A stretch of 45,962 nt of DNA, taken from NCBI GenBank assembly GCA_027482505.1, contig JAIXVY010000199.1:1-45962 (forward strand). The letters are read 5' to 3'. Position 1 is the stretch's first letter. The number at the start of each line of letters is the position of its first letter. Source of the DNA: Opitutaceae bacterium (lineage in GTDB: Bacteria > Verrucomicrobiota > Verrucomicrobiia > Opitutales > Opitutaceae). Shown one piece after another: positions 17,887 to 28,678 of this stretch. Made by a program: the position numbers and the translations under genes. The notes beneath the pieces were generated by a model. The model did no database searches and was not told the DNA's origin. It saw only the letters and a program-made list of their open reading frames with translations.

Positions 17887-20346
17887 ATGTTCATTTCGCC
17901 TTTCTGCATTCGTCGTAAAGCGGCCTCGGCTGCTCTGCTCGCCCTCTGCGCCGGCCTTTCAAATAGCAACGCTCAGTCCACCTGGACGAGCGTCACCGGA
18001 AACTGGAGCGACTCTTCGAAATGGTCCCCCGCCGGTGCGCCAGTTTCGAACTCCGCCACGATCCTTCAATTCAACCAGGCGGCTTCCAACTATATCGCGA
18101 CGAACGACATCGCGGGAGACTTCACGCTGAACCGACTGATTTTCTCGGGCGCCACAGCGGGAGGCACCACGACGCTCGCCCGAAATGGCACCCAATCGCT
18201 TATTTTTGCCGCGAACGGTGATGTCCTTCCAGAGATCCAGTTAAACGCCACCGGCAACAGCCGGACGATCTCCCTGCCGGTCGTGCTCAACGCCGACACG
18301 TCCATCACCAGCAGCATCACCGATTCCGCCAATAATCTTGTTTTCAACAACGCGCTGACCGGCGCTGGAAAATTGATCGTCAACTTCAGCACGACCGGCA
18401 CCGGCGCGGTGGTGTTGAACGGCAGCAGCACCACTACGAGCACCTACGCAGGCATCCACTTGATGGGCGGTGCGATCGCCGTAGCGGGCTCGGCCAACAC
18501 CCCACTTGGCTCCGGTCCAGTCACCCTGTCGGGCGGACGGCTCTTCACCACCAGTGGCACGGCTAATTTCACCAATACGCTCAACCTCGCCGGCAACGTA
18601 ACTCTCTTGCGATCCACCTCCGCCTTTTCCGTGTCCTTCACGGGTGGCGGCTCGATTCAGGGCGAAAACGTCGCCCGAACCATCACCCTCGACCGCAGCG
18701 CCAACAGCTTCACCATGGGCGGGGCCTTCACGGGTTCAGGCAACGGCCTCACGCTCGCCGGCTCAGGCACGCTCGTGCTGGGCTCAGGCGCGGCCGACAA
18801 CGCAGCCAACACCTTCAACGGCACCACCACCGTCACCGCCGCCACGCTCAGCCTCAACAAGGCCGACGGCACCAACGCCGTCGCCGGCAACCTCGCCATC
18901 AGCGGCGGCACCCTCTCCTGGGCACGCTCCAACCAGATCGCCAACACGGCTTCGTTCAGTCAGAGCGGCGGCACAGCCACCCTCGCCCTCGGCTTCGCCG
19001 AGACAGTGCAATCCGCCACCCTCACCGGCGGCACCTTCACCGTTTCGAAGGACGCCACCTTTACCACCGCTTCGCTCGCCACAACCGTGGCCGGCACCCG
19101 CGTCGTCGGCGGCGCACTCGAGGTCGGCTCAGGCGGCCTGAGCATCAGTCACGACGGCACCGGGACCACCCGCAACGCCTTCACTCTCTACGAGAGCGCC
19201 AACGCCTCCGCCGGCATACTCCGCCTGGGGGGCGATCTTACCTTCAGCAACGCCACCGCCTCCACCAGCAAGGTCCAGATCACCCGCAGCAGCGGCAATG
19301 GCTACATCGATCTCACCGGGATCAACCGCACCTTCACGATCAACGACGGCGCAGCCGCCGAAGACCTCGAGATCACCGTGCGCCTCACCAACGGCGGCCT
19401 CATCAAGCAGGGGGCGGGCGTTCTCGCCTTCGCCAACACGAGCTCCGATTATGCCGGGGACACCGCCATCAACCAAGGCGCCATCCGGGTCACCAGCACC
19501 ACCAGCGGCACTCAAGCCCTCTCCAACCAGTCCACCTACGTGCTCGCCAACGTCGCCGGCGTCACCCTCGACCTGAACAACAACAACCAGTCGGTCGGCG
19601 GCCTCTCGGGCGGCGGCTCCACCGGTGGCGCCGTGCTGCTGGGCACCGGCATCCTGAGCGTCGGCAACAACAACGCCTCCACCTCCTTTGGCGGCGAAAT
19701 CGGCGGCGCGGGTGGCTTGACCAAGATCGGCTCCGGCACCCTGACCTTGTCGTCGAACCTTGGATACACCGGGGCCACGCTCGTCTCCGCCGGCGCGCTG
19801 GTGATCGACGGCCAGCTGGCCAGCTCCGGCGTCACCCTCAATGGCGCCACCGCCAGCCTGGGTGGCTCGGGCCGGGTAAACGGACTCACGCTCACGCAAG
19901 GCACTTTCGGCCCGGGCAACGGCATCGGGGCCTTCACCGTGAACGGAAATGTCTCGTTCGGCGCCGCGTCGGTCTTCGCCATCGAGGCGGGGTCCGTCTC
20001 CTCCTTCGATCAACTGGTGATCGGCGCCGCTGCCTCGGCCGTGAACATCGATGTCGGGGCCTCGCTCAGCCTCCTCGGCTTCGAGTCGCTCGGCGCTTTC
20101 GACGGGGGCACCCAGTTCATCTTTATCGACAACCAGTCCGCCAGCCCGATCACGGGGACTTTTGTCGGCTACGGCGAAGGCCAGAGCTTTATCCTTGGTG
20201 CGAACAACTTTATCGCCAGCTACCAGCTCGGCGCCGGCGGCAACGACTTCGGTTTCACCGTTGCCTCCGTTCCGGAGCCGTCCGCCTTCGCCATGTTCGC
20301 GGGTCTCGCCTCGCTCGCCTGCGCCGCGCGGCGGCGCCGCCGCTAG
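17887..20346 (+). CDS. PEP-CTERM protein with autotransporter-associated beta-strand repeats
   Basis: Signal peptide ending SNA/QS. Repeats GLIKQGAGVLAF....YAGDTAINQG and GLTKIGSGTLTLS....YTGATLVSAG. C-terminal VPEPSAFAMFAGLASLACAARRRRR. Confidence 0.92.
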   Translation: MFISPFCIRRKAASAALLALCAGLSNSNAQSTWTSVTGNWSDSSKWSPAGAPVSNSATILQFNQAASNYIATNDIAGDFTLNRLIFSGATAGGTTTLARNGTQSLIFAANGDVLPEIQLNATGNSRTISLPVVLNADTSITSSITDSANNLVFNNALTGAGKLIVNFSTTGTGAVVLNGSSTTTSTYAGIHLMGGAIAVAGSANTPLGSGPVTLSGGRLFTTSGTANFTNTLNLAGNVTLLRSTSAFSVSFTGGGSIQGENVARTITLDRSANSFTMGGAFTGSGNGLTLAGSGTLVLGSGAADNAANTFNGTTTVTAATLSLNKADGTNAVAGNLAISGGTLSWARSNQIANTASFSQSGGTATLALGFAETVQSATLTGGTFTVSKDATFTTASLATTVAGTRVVGGALEVGSGGLSISHDGTGTTRNAFTLYESANASAGILRLGGDLTFSNATASTSKVQITRSSGNGYIDLTGINRTFTINDGAAAEDLEITVRLTNGGLIKQGAGVLAFANTSSDYAGDTAINQGAIRVTSTTSGTQALSNQSTYVLANVAGVTLDLNNNNQSVGGLSGGGSTGGAVLLGTGILSVGNNNASTSFGGEIGGAGGLTKIGSGTLTLSSNLGYTGATLVSAGALVIDGQLASSGVTLNGATASLGGSGRVNGLTLTQGTFGPGNGIGAFTVNGNVSFGAASVFAIEAGSVSSFDQLVIGAAASAVNIDVGASLSLLGFESLGAFDGGTQFIFIDNQSASPITGTFVGYGEGQSFILGANNFIASYQLGAGGNDFGFTVASVPEPSAFAMFAGLASLACAARRRRR

Positions 20347-20528
20347 GACCGGCCTGGGGGCGCGGTCGTGTCTCCCGGCCTCCACGCCCGCGCCTCCCTG
20401 GTTTTACCCCGGATCTGATTTCCTCCCGACCGTCTCCGGCCAGCTCTCCCCGCCCCGACCGGATTTCGCTCCATCCTTGTCCGCCGCCCTCCGCCGGCGC
20501 GCCACCGGCGCGGTCGGCATCGTCCATC

Positions 20529-22712
20529 ATGCCTCCTCTTGCGTCCCATATTTCAAAAAATGCTCCCGACGTCTTGCCCGTGATTCCGGGCCGCGTCCCG
20601 GACGCCTTGCCTCGCGAGGAGACAAGCTCCGGCTTGGTGCTCCCCGGTCCGGTCGAGACCCTCGATCTGGCCAGGCACGTCGCCCCCGGCGGCGAGTGGG
20701 TCCTGGTCTTGCCCGCCATGCTCCGGCTGCAGGACGACGACGGCTTGCTGCATGCCAGCCTACTTGCCGTGCCGGCTTGGACACGCTGCGTCTATTACGC
20801 CCCCTTCCAGCGGCACGCCATCAACCCGGACCTCGATCTCTGGCCCGAGGGCTACAATCAGTGCCATCCGCTGCCTGTTCGCTCGCTGCACGACGTGAAG
20901 CGCGGCGGTCTCTTCGTGGTGCTCGAGCTGCAAAGCGGCGATTACCTCGCTCTCTTGCCCCTTGTCGGTCACCAAAGCGCCGCCTGGCTGCGAGGCGACG
21001 GCGAGGGCCTTCGCCTCGAGGCCGGAACCTTCGGAGCCGCCCCTGCCTTCAACGGGGAATTGCCCCTTCTCGCCGCCGTCCGCGATGAAAACCTCTACCG
21101 GGCCTGCGCCCGCGTGTGGTCGGCCGCCCTCCGTCACCCCGCCCTCGCCGGCGTCGGCCGCCTCCGACACGAAAAGATTTATCCCGAGGTCTTCGACCAT
21201 CTCGGTTGGTGCTCCTTCGAGGAATTCAAACTCAACATCGACGAGCGCGTCATCATGTCCGCGATCAAGGGACTCGCCGCCTCCGACGTTCCCGTCCGCT
21301 GGGTGATCGTAGACGACGGCCACATCGATGACGGAACCCGGGGCTCGTCCCCGGCGGTCGAGACCCAGGAAGGCGAAGGGCAGGTCTCCACGGCCCTCGA
21401 CGCGCTTCGTTTGCACGCCGCCACGCCGCATCCGGAAAAGTTTCCCCGCGGCTGGCGGCCTATCACCGAGGCGATCCACGGCACCCGCATCCGCTGGCTC
21501 GGCCTCTGGCTGAACTTCAACGGCTACTGGGGCGGCGTCGCCGCCCGCCACGCGCTGGACGCCGAGTTGGACGCGCATCTCGTGACGGTGAGCCCCGGCG
21601 TAAAATTGCCGGGCGAACGCCCGGTCGACGGCGAGAAGTTCTTCGATGCGCTCACCCGCCCCGCGCGCGACGCCGGCTTTCACTTCCTCAAGGTGGACAA
21701 CCAGGCGGGCAACCTCCGCAAATACGCCGGCCGCGTGCCCAACGCCGTCCGCGCATCCGCCTCGTGCCGACAAGGGCTGGACGCCGCCGTGCGCCGTCAT
21801 TTTGAAGGCATCATCGGCTGCATGGCGCACAATAATCTGTGCGCCTTCCATCAGCCCGTGACCCAGGTCATGCGTTGCAGCGAGGACTACAAAAAGGAGG
21901 ATCCGTGGCGCGCCCGTCATCATCTCCACAACTCTTTCGGAAATATGCTCTGGCTCGGCCAAACCGTCTGGGGCGACCACGATATGTTCCACTCCAGCGA
22001 TCGCTACGCCGGCGCCCTCATGGCGCGCAGCAAGGCGATCTCCGGAGGCCCCATCTACCTTTCCGACTCGCCGGAAAATTTCGTGTCCGGGCTGATACTT
22101 CCGCTCTGCTTCGCCGACGGCCGCATCCTTCGCCCGCTCGCTCCCGCCGTTCCGCTGCCGGAGAGCGTGTTCACCGATCCCTACGAGGACGACAACGCCT
22201 ACCGCGTCGTCGCCCCGCTCCCGCACGGCTGCGCCGCCGCGGTAGCATACAACCTCACCCACCCCGCCAAGCCCGTGCAAGGTGCGTGGTCCGCCGACGA
22301 CCACCGGCACGCCTCCGCCCTGCTTTCGCCCGCCGAGGCCGCGGCTTGGTCGCGTCCCGCCGAGGCCTTGCTGCGCTACGATTGCCTCACCCGTTTGGCC
22401 GCGCTGCAAAACGAGCCCGCGCGCTACGCCCTGGCGCCGCTGACCGACTCGTTTGTGATCTTCAGCCCCGTGCAACACGGCTGGGCGCTCATCGGCGACC
22501 CCGACAAGTATCTGCCGCCCGCCGCTGTCACGCGCTTCGAAATCGCCGGCGACCGGGTTGTGCTCTCCGCCTACGAAGCGTGCGAGATCCTCGTCTGGCG
22601 CGCCTCCGGAGTTGTTCGCTCCGAACGTCCCGTCGTCTCCGTCGGCCACGGTCTCTGGCGCATTTCCTTACCCGGCGGCGACACGCCGACCGAAATCCGC
22701 TGCCTTGCCTGA
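20529..22712 (+). CDS. Sip1/raffinose-synthase-related alpha-galactosidase (GH36-like, clan GH-D)
   Basis: [23 protein letters not shown] (nucleophile), RCSEDY (acid/base), [18 protein letters not shown]. No signal peptide. Confidence 0.88.
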   Translation: MPPLASHISKNAPDVLPVIPGRVPDALPREETSSGLVLPGPVETLDLARHVAPGGEWVLVLPAMLRLQDDDGLLHASLLAVPAWTRCVYYAPFQRHAINPDLDLWPEGYNQCHPLPVRSLHDVKRGGLFVVLELQSGDYLALLPLVGHQSAAWLRGDGEGLRLEAGTFGAAPAFNGELPLLAAVRDENLYRACARVWSAALRHPALAGVGRLRHEKIYPEVFDHLGWCSFEEFKLNIDERVIMSAIKGLAASDVPVRWVIVDDGHIDDGTRGSSPAVETQEGEGQVSTALDALRLHAATPHPEKFPRGWRPITEAIHGTRIRWLGLWLNFNGYWGGVAARHALDAELDAHLVTVSPGVKLPGERPVDGEKFFDALTRPARDAGFHFLKVDNQAGNLRKYAGRVPNAVRASASCRQGLDAAVRRHFEGIIGCMAHNNLCAFHQPVTQVMRCSEDYKKEDPWRARHHLHNSFGNMLWLGQTVWGDHDMFHSSDRYAGALMARSKAISGGPIYLSDSPENFVSGLILPLCFADGRILRPLAPAVPLPESVFTDPYEDDNAYRVVAPLPHGCAAAVAYNLTHPAKPVQGAWSADDHRHASALLSPAEAAAWSRPAEALLRYDCLTRLAALQNEPARYALAPLTDSFVIFSPVQHGWALIGDPDKYLPPAAVTRFEIAGDRVVLSAYEACEILVWRASGVVRSERPVVSVGHGLWRISLPGGDTPTEIRCLA

Positions 22713-22744
22713 CCCATTCCCCCGCCTTTCCAAAGTCATACCCC

Positions 22745-23482
22745 ATGCACCCCGCCTCCGCTCCCCTTGCCCCCGGCTCTCGCGCCGCGTATCAGCGCCG
22801 CGCCTTTACCCTCATCGAACTCCTGACCGTGATCGCGATCATCGGCATCCTCGCGGCGATCCTCATTCCGGTGGTGGGCACCGTGCGTAAAAACGCGCGC
22901 ATCACCTCCTCGATGAACAACCTTCGCCAGCTCGGATCGGCGATGCAGCTCTTCATCAACGACAACAAGCAGACCCTCCCCGTGCGTGATCGTTTTCACC
23001 CCACCCACTACTGGCTGAGGGAACTGTGGCGCGTCACCTATAGCAGTCGGCCCTTCCCCGCCTTCGCCACCACTTACGACAACTTCGTGCGGGATTTTAG
23101 CGGCACCATCTTCCATACCCCGCTCATGAGCAGCGACTCGAATCCCGAGGAAACCAGCTCCTACGGCTACAACTTCGCTCTGCTTAAATTTCCCGCCACC
23201 CCCACCAGGCCCCTGCCGCTCCGGGAGGTCGCCAACCCCGCCCGCACTGTCGCCATCGGCGATAGCTCACAGGTCACCCTTTTCCGCACCACCGCCATGC
23301 CGCGCAACAACGGCTACGTGAACTGCGTCTTTGTGGACGGGCATGTCGACCGGGTGCGGCCCGCGATCTCCGGCAACCTCAATCCCCCCGGCACGGAGAA
23401 GCGCATACCCGACAACCAGAATTCCACCTTTTGGCGAGGCGTAGCCCAGGAAACGAACGGCAATCCTCTGGTCGTCTGGTAG
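22745..23482 (+). CDS. Prepilin-type N-terminal cleavage/methylation protein with (H->N)-X9-DG C-terminal motif
   Basis: [55 protein letters not shown]. Start MHPAS at 22745 inside ORF 21839..23482. Confidence 0.9.
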   Translation: MHPASAPLAPGSRAAYQRRAFTLIELLTVIAIIGILAAILIPVVGTVRKNARITSSMNNLRQLGSAMQLFINDNKQTLPVRDRFHPTHYWLRELWRVTYSSRPFPAFATTYDNFVRDFSGTIFHTPLMSSDSNPEETSSYGYNFALLKFPATPTRPLPLREVANPARTVAIGDSSQVTLFRTTAMPRNNGYVNCVFVDGHVDRVRPAISGNLNPPGTEKRIPDNQNSTFWRGVAQETNGNPLVVW

Positions 23483-23575
23483 TCTCTCCTATTCCACTTC
23501 TGCGCGGATCGTGGGATCGGCGTTTAATACATCCGCCGAAGGCAAGTTAGCTGCGGATTTTGAAAACCACCTCTG

Positions 23576-25582
23576 ATGCACCTTGCTTTTCTAGACTGGG
23601 CCATTGTCGCCTCCCTAATCCTCGGTTTGATTGTAGTAACTATATGGATACGAAGTTACACCCGTAGCGTCTCCGATTTTCTCGCCGCCAACCGCTGCGC
23701 CGGGCGCTACATGCTCACCCTGTCGGAGGGCATGGCCGCCTTTGGCGTCGCCAGCATCCTCGCGAATTTCGAGAAATTCTACCAGGCCGGTTTCGCCGGC
23801 TACTGGTGGGGTATGATGCTCGCTCCGGTCAGCATGCTGGTCGCCATGTCCGGCTGGGTGGCTTACCGCTACCGCGAGACCCGCGCCCTCACCATGGCGC
23901 AGTTTTTCGAGATGCGCTACAGTCGCCGCTTTCGCATCTTCGCCGGCATCCTCACCTGGATCTCCGGCCTGCTGAACTACGGCGTCTTCCCCGGCATCGT
24001 CGCCAACTTCTTCATCCACTTTTGCGGCCTGCCCGAGACCGTCGTGATCGCCGGCTTCGAAGTCCGCACACTCCTGCCGGTGATGGCCTGTTTTCTCGGC
24101 ATGGCCCTGGCCCTCGTGTTTGGCGGCGGGATGGTCGCCGTCATGGTGACGGATTTCATCCAGGCCCAGTTCGTGAACATCGTCTTCCTGATCCTCATGA
24201 TCGCCGTGTTCGTGAAGATCGGCTGGGGCGACACCCTCGCCGCCTTGTCGGCCACCGCCCCGGGCAAGTCGCTCCTCGACCCCTTCGACCAGCAGAAGAT
24301 CAGCGATTTCAACTTCTGGTTCTTCGCCATCATCGCCTTCAAATCCTTCTACAACTGCATCGGCTGGCAAGGCACCCAGGGCTACAACGCCGCCGCGCGC
24401 ACCCCTCATGAGGCCAAGATGGCGCGTGTCCTCTCCGAGTGGCGCAACGGCGTGACCTACCTCATGCTCATGCTGCTGCCCATCGCGGCCTACGTGATCC
24501 TGCATCACCAAGGCTACGGCGCCGAGGCGGCCGCGGCGCGCGCCACGCTCGACGGCATCACCGATCCGCAGATCAACAGCCAGCTCACTGTCCCCGTCGC
24601 CTTGCTCTCCTTCCTGCCCGTCGGCGTCGTCGGACTTCTCGCCGCAGCGATGGTCGCCGCCGCGGTATCGACCGACGACACCTACCTCCACTCATGGGGC
24701 TCCATTTTCGTCCAGGATGTCGTGCTGCCGCTGCGCAAGACGCCCCTCACGCCCCGCGCCCACCTCAACCTGCTGCGCGGCTCCATCGTCTTTGTCGCCG
24801 TCTTCGCCTTCTGCTGGTCCGCGATCTTCCCGCTGCGCGACTACATCTTCATGTATTTCTTGCTCACCGGCACGATCTACCTCGGCGGCTCCGGCGCGGT
24901 CATCATCGGCGGCCTCTACTGGAAACGCGGCACCACCGCCGGCGCCTACGCCGCCATGATTTCCGGGTGCTCGGTCGCCATCGTCGGCATCACCCTGCAG
25001 AGCATCTGGCCCAAGGTCCCCCTGCTCCTCGAACTCGCCCCGAAGTTTCCCCTCAACGGCGCCTGGCTGGCGATGGTCGCCTACGCCACCAGTATCGTCT
25101 CCTACGTCGTCGTTTCCCTGGCCACGTGCCGCGAGCCCGCCAACCTCGACCGCCTGCTCCACCGTGGCGCATACGCCATCGCCGGTGAACACTCCGGCCC
25201 GAAAAACAAAGGCCTCTCCCGCTGGCGTCAGATGCTGGGCTTCACCACCGACTTCACCCGCGGCGACAGCTTCATCTACTATTGCAAGCTGTCGTGGACG
25301 GGCGCGTGGACGCTGGTGTTCATCGTCGGCACGATTTTCGGCCTCACCATCGGCTTCAGCAAAGCCGGCTGGGGCAACTTCTGGTTCACCGTGATCATGG
25401 TGAGCGCGGTGGTCGGCACCGTGACCGTCGTCTGGTTCCTCTGGGGCGGCATCAAGGACATGCGCCAGCTCTTGATCGCCCTGCGCAATCCCGCCCGCGA
25501 TCTCAGCGATGACGGCCAGGTTCATGCCACCACGCAGGCCGCGTCCACCAAGGTCGCCGCACCCGCCAACGTCACCCGTTGA
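23576..25582 (+). CDS. Sodium:solute symporter (SSS) family transporter
   Basis: 668-aa polytopic membrane protein. SVSDFLAANR, TMAQFFEMRYS, GGMVAVMVTDFIQ, AAAVSTDDTYLHSWGSIFVQD, GGLYWKRGTTAGA. Confidence 0.92.
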   Translation: MHLAFLDWAIVASLILGLIVVTIWIRSYTRSVSDFLAANRCAGRYMLTLSEGMAAFGVASILANFEKFYQAGFAGYWWGMMLAPVSMLVAMSGWVAYRYRETRALTMAQFFEMRYSRRFRIFAGILTWISGLLNYGVFPGIVANFFIHFCGLPETVVIAGFEVRTLLPVMACFLGMALALVFGGGMVAVMVTDFIQAQFVNIVFLILMIAVFVKIGWGDTLAALSATAPGKSLLDPFDQQKISDFNFWFFAIIAFKSFYNCIGWQGTQGYNAAARTPHEAKMARVLSEWRNGVTYLMLMLLPIAAYVILHHQGYGAEAAAARATLDGITDPQINSQLTVPVALLSFLPVGVVGLLAAAMVAAAVSTDDTYLHSWGSIFVQDVVLPLRKTPLTPRAHLNLLRGSIVFVAVFAFCWSAIFPLRDYIFMYFLLTGTIYLGGSGAVIIGGLYWKRGTTAGAYAAMISGCSVAIVGITLQSIWPKVPLLLELAPKFPLNGAWLAMVAYATSIVSYVVVSLATCREPANLDRLLHRGAYAIAGEHSGPKNKGLSRWRQMLGFTTDFTRGDSFIYYCKLSWTGAWTLVFIVGTIFGLTIGFSKAGWGNFWFTVIMVSAVVGTVTVVWFLWGGIKDMRQLLIALRNPARDLSDDGQVHATTQAASTKVAAPANVTR

Positions 25583-25645
25583 TTTTTCCAGCCGAGCTCT
25601 CCGCGACCGCCACGATCAGCCCCCTATCTCCATCCTTAACCCCAC

Positions 25646-28465
25646 ATGACAAAGTCGTTCGCCTTCGCCGCCGCCCTCCTCGCCGCCATGGCAGCCCTGC
25701 CCGCCGAGGCCGCCCTGCGACTCCTGCCCGACCACTCCGTCGAGGTCACCTCCGCGGATGGCCGCACCGCCACCTTCGCGCCTGATTTCGTGGTCTTGCA
25801 ACGCAGCGACGATCCGAAGGTCGGCATGCGTCCCTCCGGGCTGAAAAGCGTGAACTATAATGTTCCCACCTGGGTGGCCCAGCCCGGCGCGAAGGCCGAC
25901 TACGCCGCCGTCCAGCGCGGCGCCGGTGTCGCGGGCGATGGTTTCGACGACCGCATCCTGGAGGGCGACGCCGAAGGCCGCACCGCAAACCTCTTCGCCG
26001 CCGCGGAGAATATCGCGCTCCGCGCCAGCGACTCCCGCCTCTCGGCCGACGGCCGCTCCATCACCTGGAGTTTTCCCGAGGACGCGCGCTTCTCACTTTC
26101 CGCCACCCTCGCGGAGCCCGCCGGCGCCAACCGCCCCGTCCTCACCTTCACTTTCACGCCAAAAACCGAAGCCTGGTTCTCGGTGGGCTACCGCGGTGCG
26201 CCCGCCGCCGGCGCCGCCGACCTGCTGGAAGCTTGGCAGCCGCTCATCTGGACCGAGAAGCGCCTGCCTGAGCGCCCCTACCTCACCGCCTCCTACATGT
26301 GCCCGCTGCCGGCCGCGCTAACCACCCGCGTCGACGGCACCACCACGGGCGTGATCGCCGACCCGGTCGAGATTCCGTTCCAGCCGCTGCCCACCTTTGA
26401 AAACTCGCGCTTCGGCATCGCCCTGCGCGACCGCGACGACCGTTTCCGCGGCATGGCCTTCGCCCCCATGCTAGGCGGCCCCGGCTCCAAGCGCGCCGCC
26501 GGAGAAAGGTTCTCCTTCAAGCTTCACCTCGTCGTCACCGCCGAGCCCATCACCACCCACTTCGAGACACTCGCGCGCGAGCTCTACGGTTTCAGCGACT
26601 TCCGACACAACGACATCGGTTCGCTCAACACCACCCTGGACAACATGATTGCCTACGGGTTGAGCGACTACTCGTGGTTCATCCCGGAGCTGAAGGGCCC
26701 CTCCTACTCCACTGACGTCCCGGGCTCGGTTAAGAACGTCTCCTCGCTCAACCCCCTGAGCGTGGCGCTCGTCACCGACTATCCCCGCGCCTTCAACGAG
26801 CGCGGCTACCCCATCGCCGAGTTCATGCTCTCCCGCGAGAAGACGCTCTTCGTCCTCGATCCGAAGATGAAGATCCAGAGCCCCTCGCGGAAACTCCTTG
26901 GGCCCACCGCCCCGGTCAGCGAGCTCGCCGTCCTCCACGGCGTCACCGGCGGCCAGATTTTCCGCACCCTGGCCGAGACTAAGATCGCCAAGGCGCCGGC
27001 GTCGAAAGACTGGCGCCAATGGCTCTCCCTCTGGGAAAACACCGGCGAGAAGGCGCACCTCGATCGCGCCGTCGAGCTCGCCGATGCGTATCTGAAACGC
27101 CGATACGAGAAACCCATCACCGGCTTCAGCGATCCCGACGCCGGCGGCCTCTTCTTTTGGACCTCCCACGCCCCGCACTGGATCGAGCTGGTGCGACTCT
27201 ACGAGGCCACCAAGGAACGCCGATTCATCGAGGCCGCGCGCGAAGGCGCCCGCCGCTTCGCCATGTATATCTGGATGTGCCCGCTCGTCCCCGATGAGCG
27301 AATCCTCGTCAACGAGGGCGGAGTGGCGCCCCACTACTGGTATCTCCAGCGCAAGGGACACACCCAGATGAAGGTTCCCGAGGAGCTCGCCCCGGCCTGG
27401 CGCCTCTCCGAGATCGGCCTCACCCCCGAGTCTTCCGGCACCTCCGCCGGCCACCGCGCCATCTTCATGGCCAACCACGCGCCCTGGATGCACCGCATTG
27501 CCCAGCTCACCGGCGATCGCTTCCTGCACGATATCGCCCGCCACGCCATCATCGGCCGCTACCTCAACTTCCCCGGCTACCACATCAACACGGCACGCAC
27601 GACCGCATACGAAAAGGCCGACTATCCGCTGCGCTCGCACAAGGAGCTCAGCGTGAATTCCTTTCACTATAACCATATCTGGCCGCACATGAGCATCCTG
27701 CTCGACTACCTGGTGGCCGACGCCACCGCGCGTTCGGAAGATCGCATCAGCTTCCCGTCCCGCTATATCGAGGGTTACGCCTACCTGAAGAGCCGGTTCC
27801 TCGGCGATCGCCCCGGCCGTTTCTACGACCTCGTCGACGCCTACCTGTGGATGCCCTCCGGTCTCGTTCGCTCCAGCAACGTCGAGCTCAATCACGTCTC
27901 GGCGCGCGAGGGCGACACCTTCGCCATCGCCTTCCTTAACGAGTCCGCCGCGCCCCAGCGCGCATCCATCGCGCTGGACCTTGCCCGCTTCGAGGGCCTG
28001 CCCGGGGCGACGCGCTCCGCCACCGTCTTGATCAACAATGCGCCCGCCGCTCCGATCAATGTGGTCAACGGACGATTCGAGGTCGAGGTTCCGCCGCGCG
28101 GTATCGTCGCTCTCACCGTGCCCGACGCCCGCCCGCGCCTTAGCGCAGGCCGAGAGCTTCGCGCCAAGTCATGGACGCAGGACTACGTCGAGGGCGCGGT
28201 CGGCGAGGCGCGCTCCATGATCCTCGATTTTGGCCCCGGTCGCCGCAACGTCTTCACCTACCTGCGCGAAGACGACTCCAAGGTGAAACGCGCGGAGCTC
28301 GAGATCACGATCGACGGCGTCACCACCAAGCATCGCGACGATGCCTATCCTTTCGAATGGACCAACGCGCTCACCGAGAGCTGCAAGAAGGTGCAGGTGC
28401 GCGTCCGTCTCTCCCGTCCCGACGGAAAAACCGAAACCACGTCCGTTCTTGAACTCCATCGCTGA
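25646..28465 (+). CDS. Secreted 939-aa conserved hypothetical protein, possible (alpha/alpha)-barrel glycan-active enzyme
   Basis: Signal peptide ending AEA/AL. Helical-repeat segments LWENTGEKAHLDRAVELADAY, LVRLYEATKERRFIEAAREGA, IAQLTGDRFLHDIAR. Sits among CAZyme genes; function not assignable. Confidence 0.7.
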   Translation: MTKSFAFAAALLAAMAALPAEAALRLLPDHSVEVTSADGRTATFAPDFVVLQRSDDPKVGMRPSGLKSVNYNVPTWVAQPGAKADYAAVQRGAGVAGDGFDDRILEGDAEGRTANLFAAAENIALRASDSRLSADGRSITWSFPEDARFSLSATLAEPAGANRPVLTFTFTPKTEAWFSVGYRGAPAAGAADLLEAWQPLIWTEKRLPERPYLTASYMCPLPAALTTRVDGTTTGVIADPVEIPFQPLPTFENSRFGIALRDRDDRFRGMAFAPMLGGPGSKRAAGERFSFKLHLVVTAEPITTHFETLARELYGFSDFRHNDIGSLNTTLDNMIAYGLSDYSWFIPELKGPSYSTDVPGSVKNVSSLNPLSVALVTDYPRAFNERGYPIAEFMLSREKTLFVLDPKMKIQSPSRKLLGPTAPVSELAVLHGVTGGQIFRTLAETKIAKAPASKDWRQWLSLWENTGEKAHLDRAVELADAYLKRRYEKPITGFSDPDAGGLFFWTSHAPHWIELVRLYEATKERRFIEAAREGARRFAMYIWMCPLVPDERILVNEGGVAPHYWYLQRKGHTQMKVPEELAPAWRLSEIGLTPESSGTSAGHRAIFMANHAPWMHRIAQLTGDRFLHDIARHAIIGRYLNFPGYHINTARTTAYEKADYPLRSHKELSVNSFHYNHIWPHMSILLDYLVADATARSEDRISFPSRYIEGYAYLKSRFLGDRPGRFYDLVDAYLWMPSGLVRSSNVELNHVSAREGDTFAIAFLNESAAPQRASIALDLARFEGLPGATRSATVLINNAPAAPINVVNGRFEVEVPPRGIVALTVPDARPRLSAGRELRAKSWTQDYVEGAVGEARSMILDFGPGRRNVFTYLREDDSKVKRAELEITIDGVTTKHRDDAYPFEWTNALTESCKKVQVRVRLSRPDGKTETTSVLELHR

Positions 28466-28678
28466 CCGTTCGCGCTCGATCACGGACTACGCCTCCGTCG
28501 CTTTTTAACTTTCCGCTAACGTCGCGGATCTGGCCCTCGCGAGCCGTCTCCGCGAAGTGCAGGGAAAGCGGCCGCTCAACGGGGGCAAGACCGCCAGGCT
28601 GGACGCTCACGACGCCCTTTTTTCTCCGCATCACGTAATCGATTCCCGTTTCCGTTTTTCACCTTCCCTCCTCCCGCC

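Noticed and set aside
17887-20346. Classical autotransporter
   Set aside because: It has passenger-type strand repeats but no C-terminal beta-barrel, and ends in PEP-CTERM.
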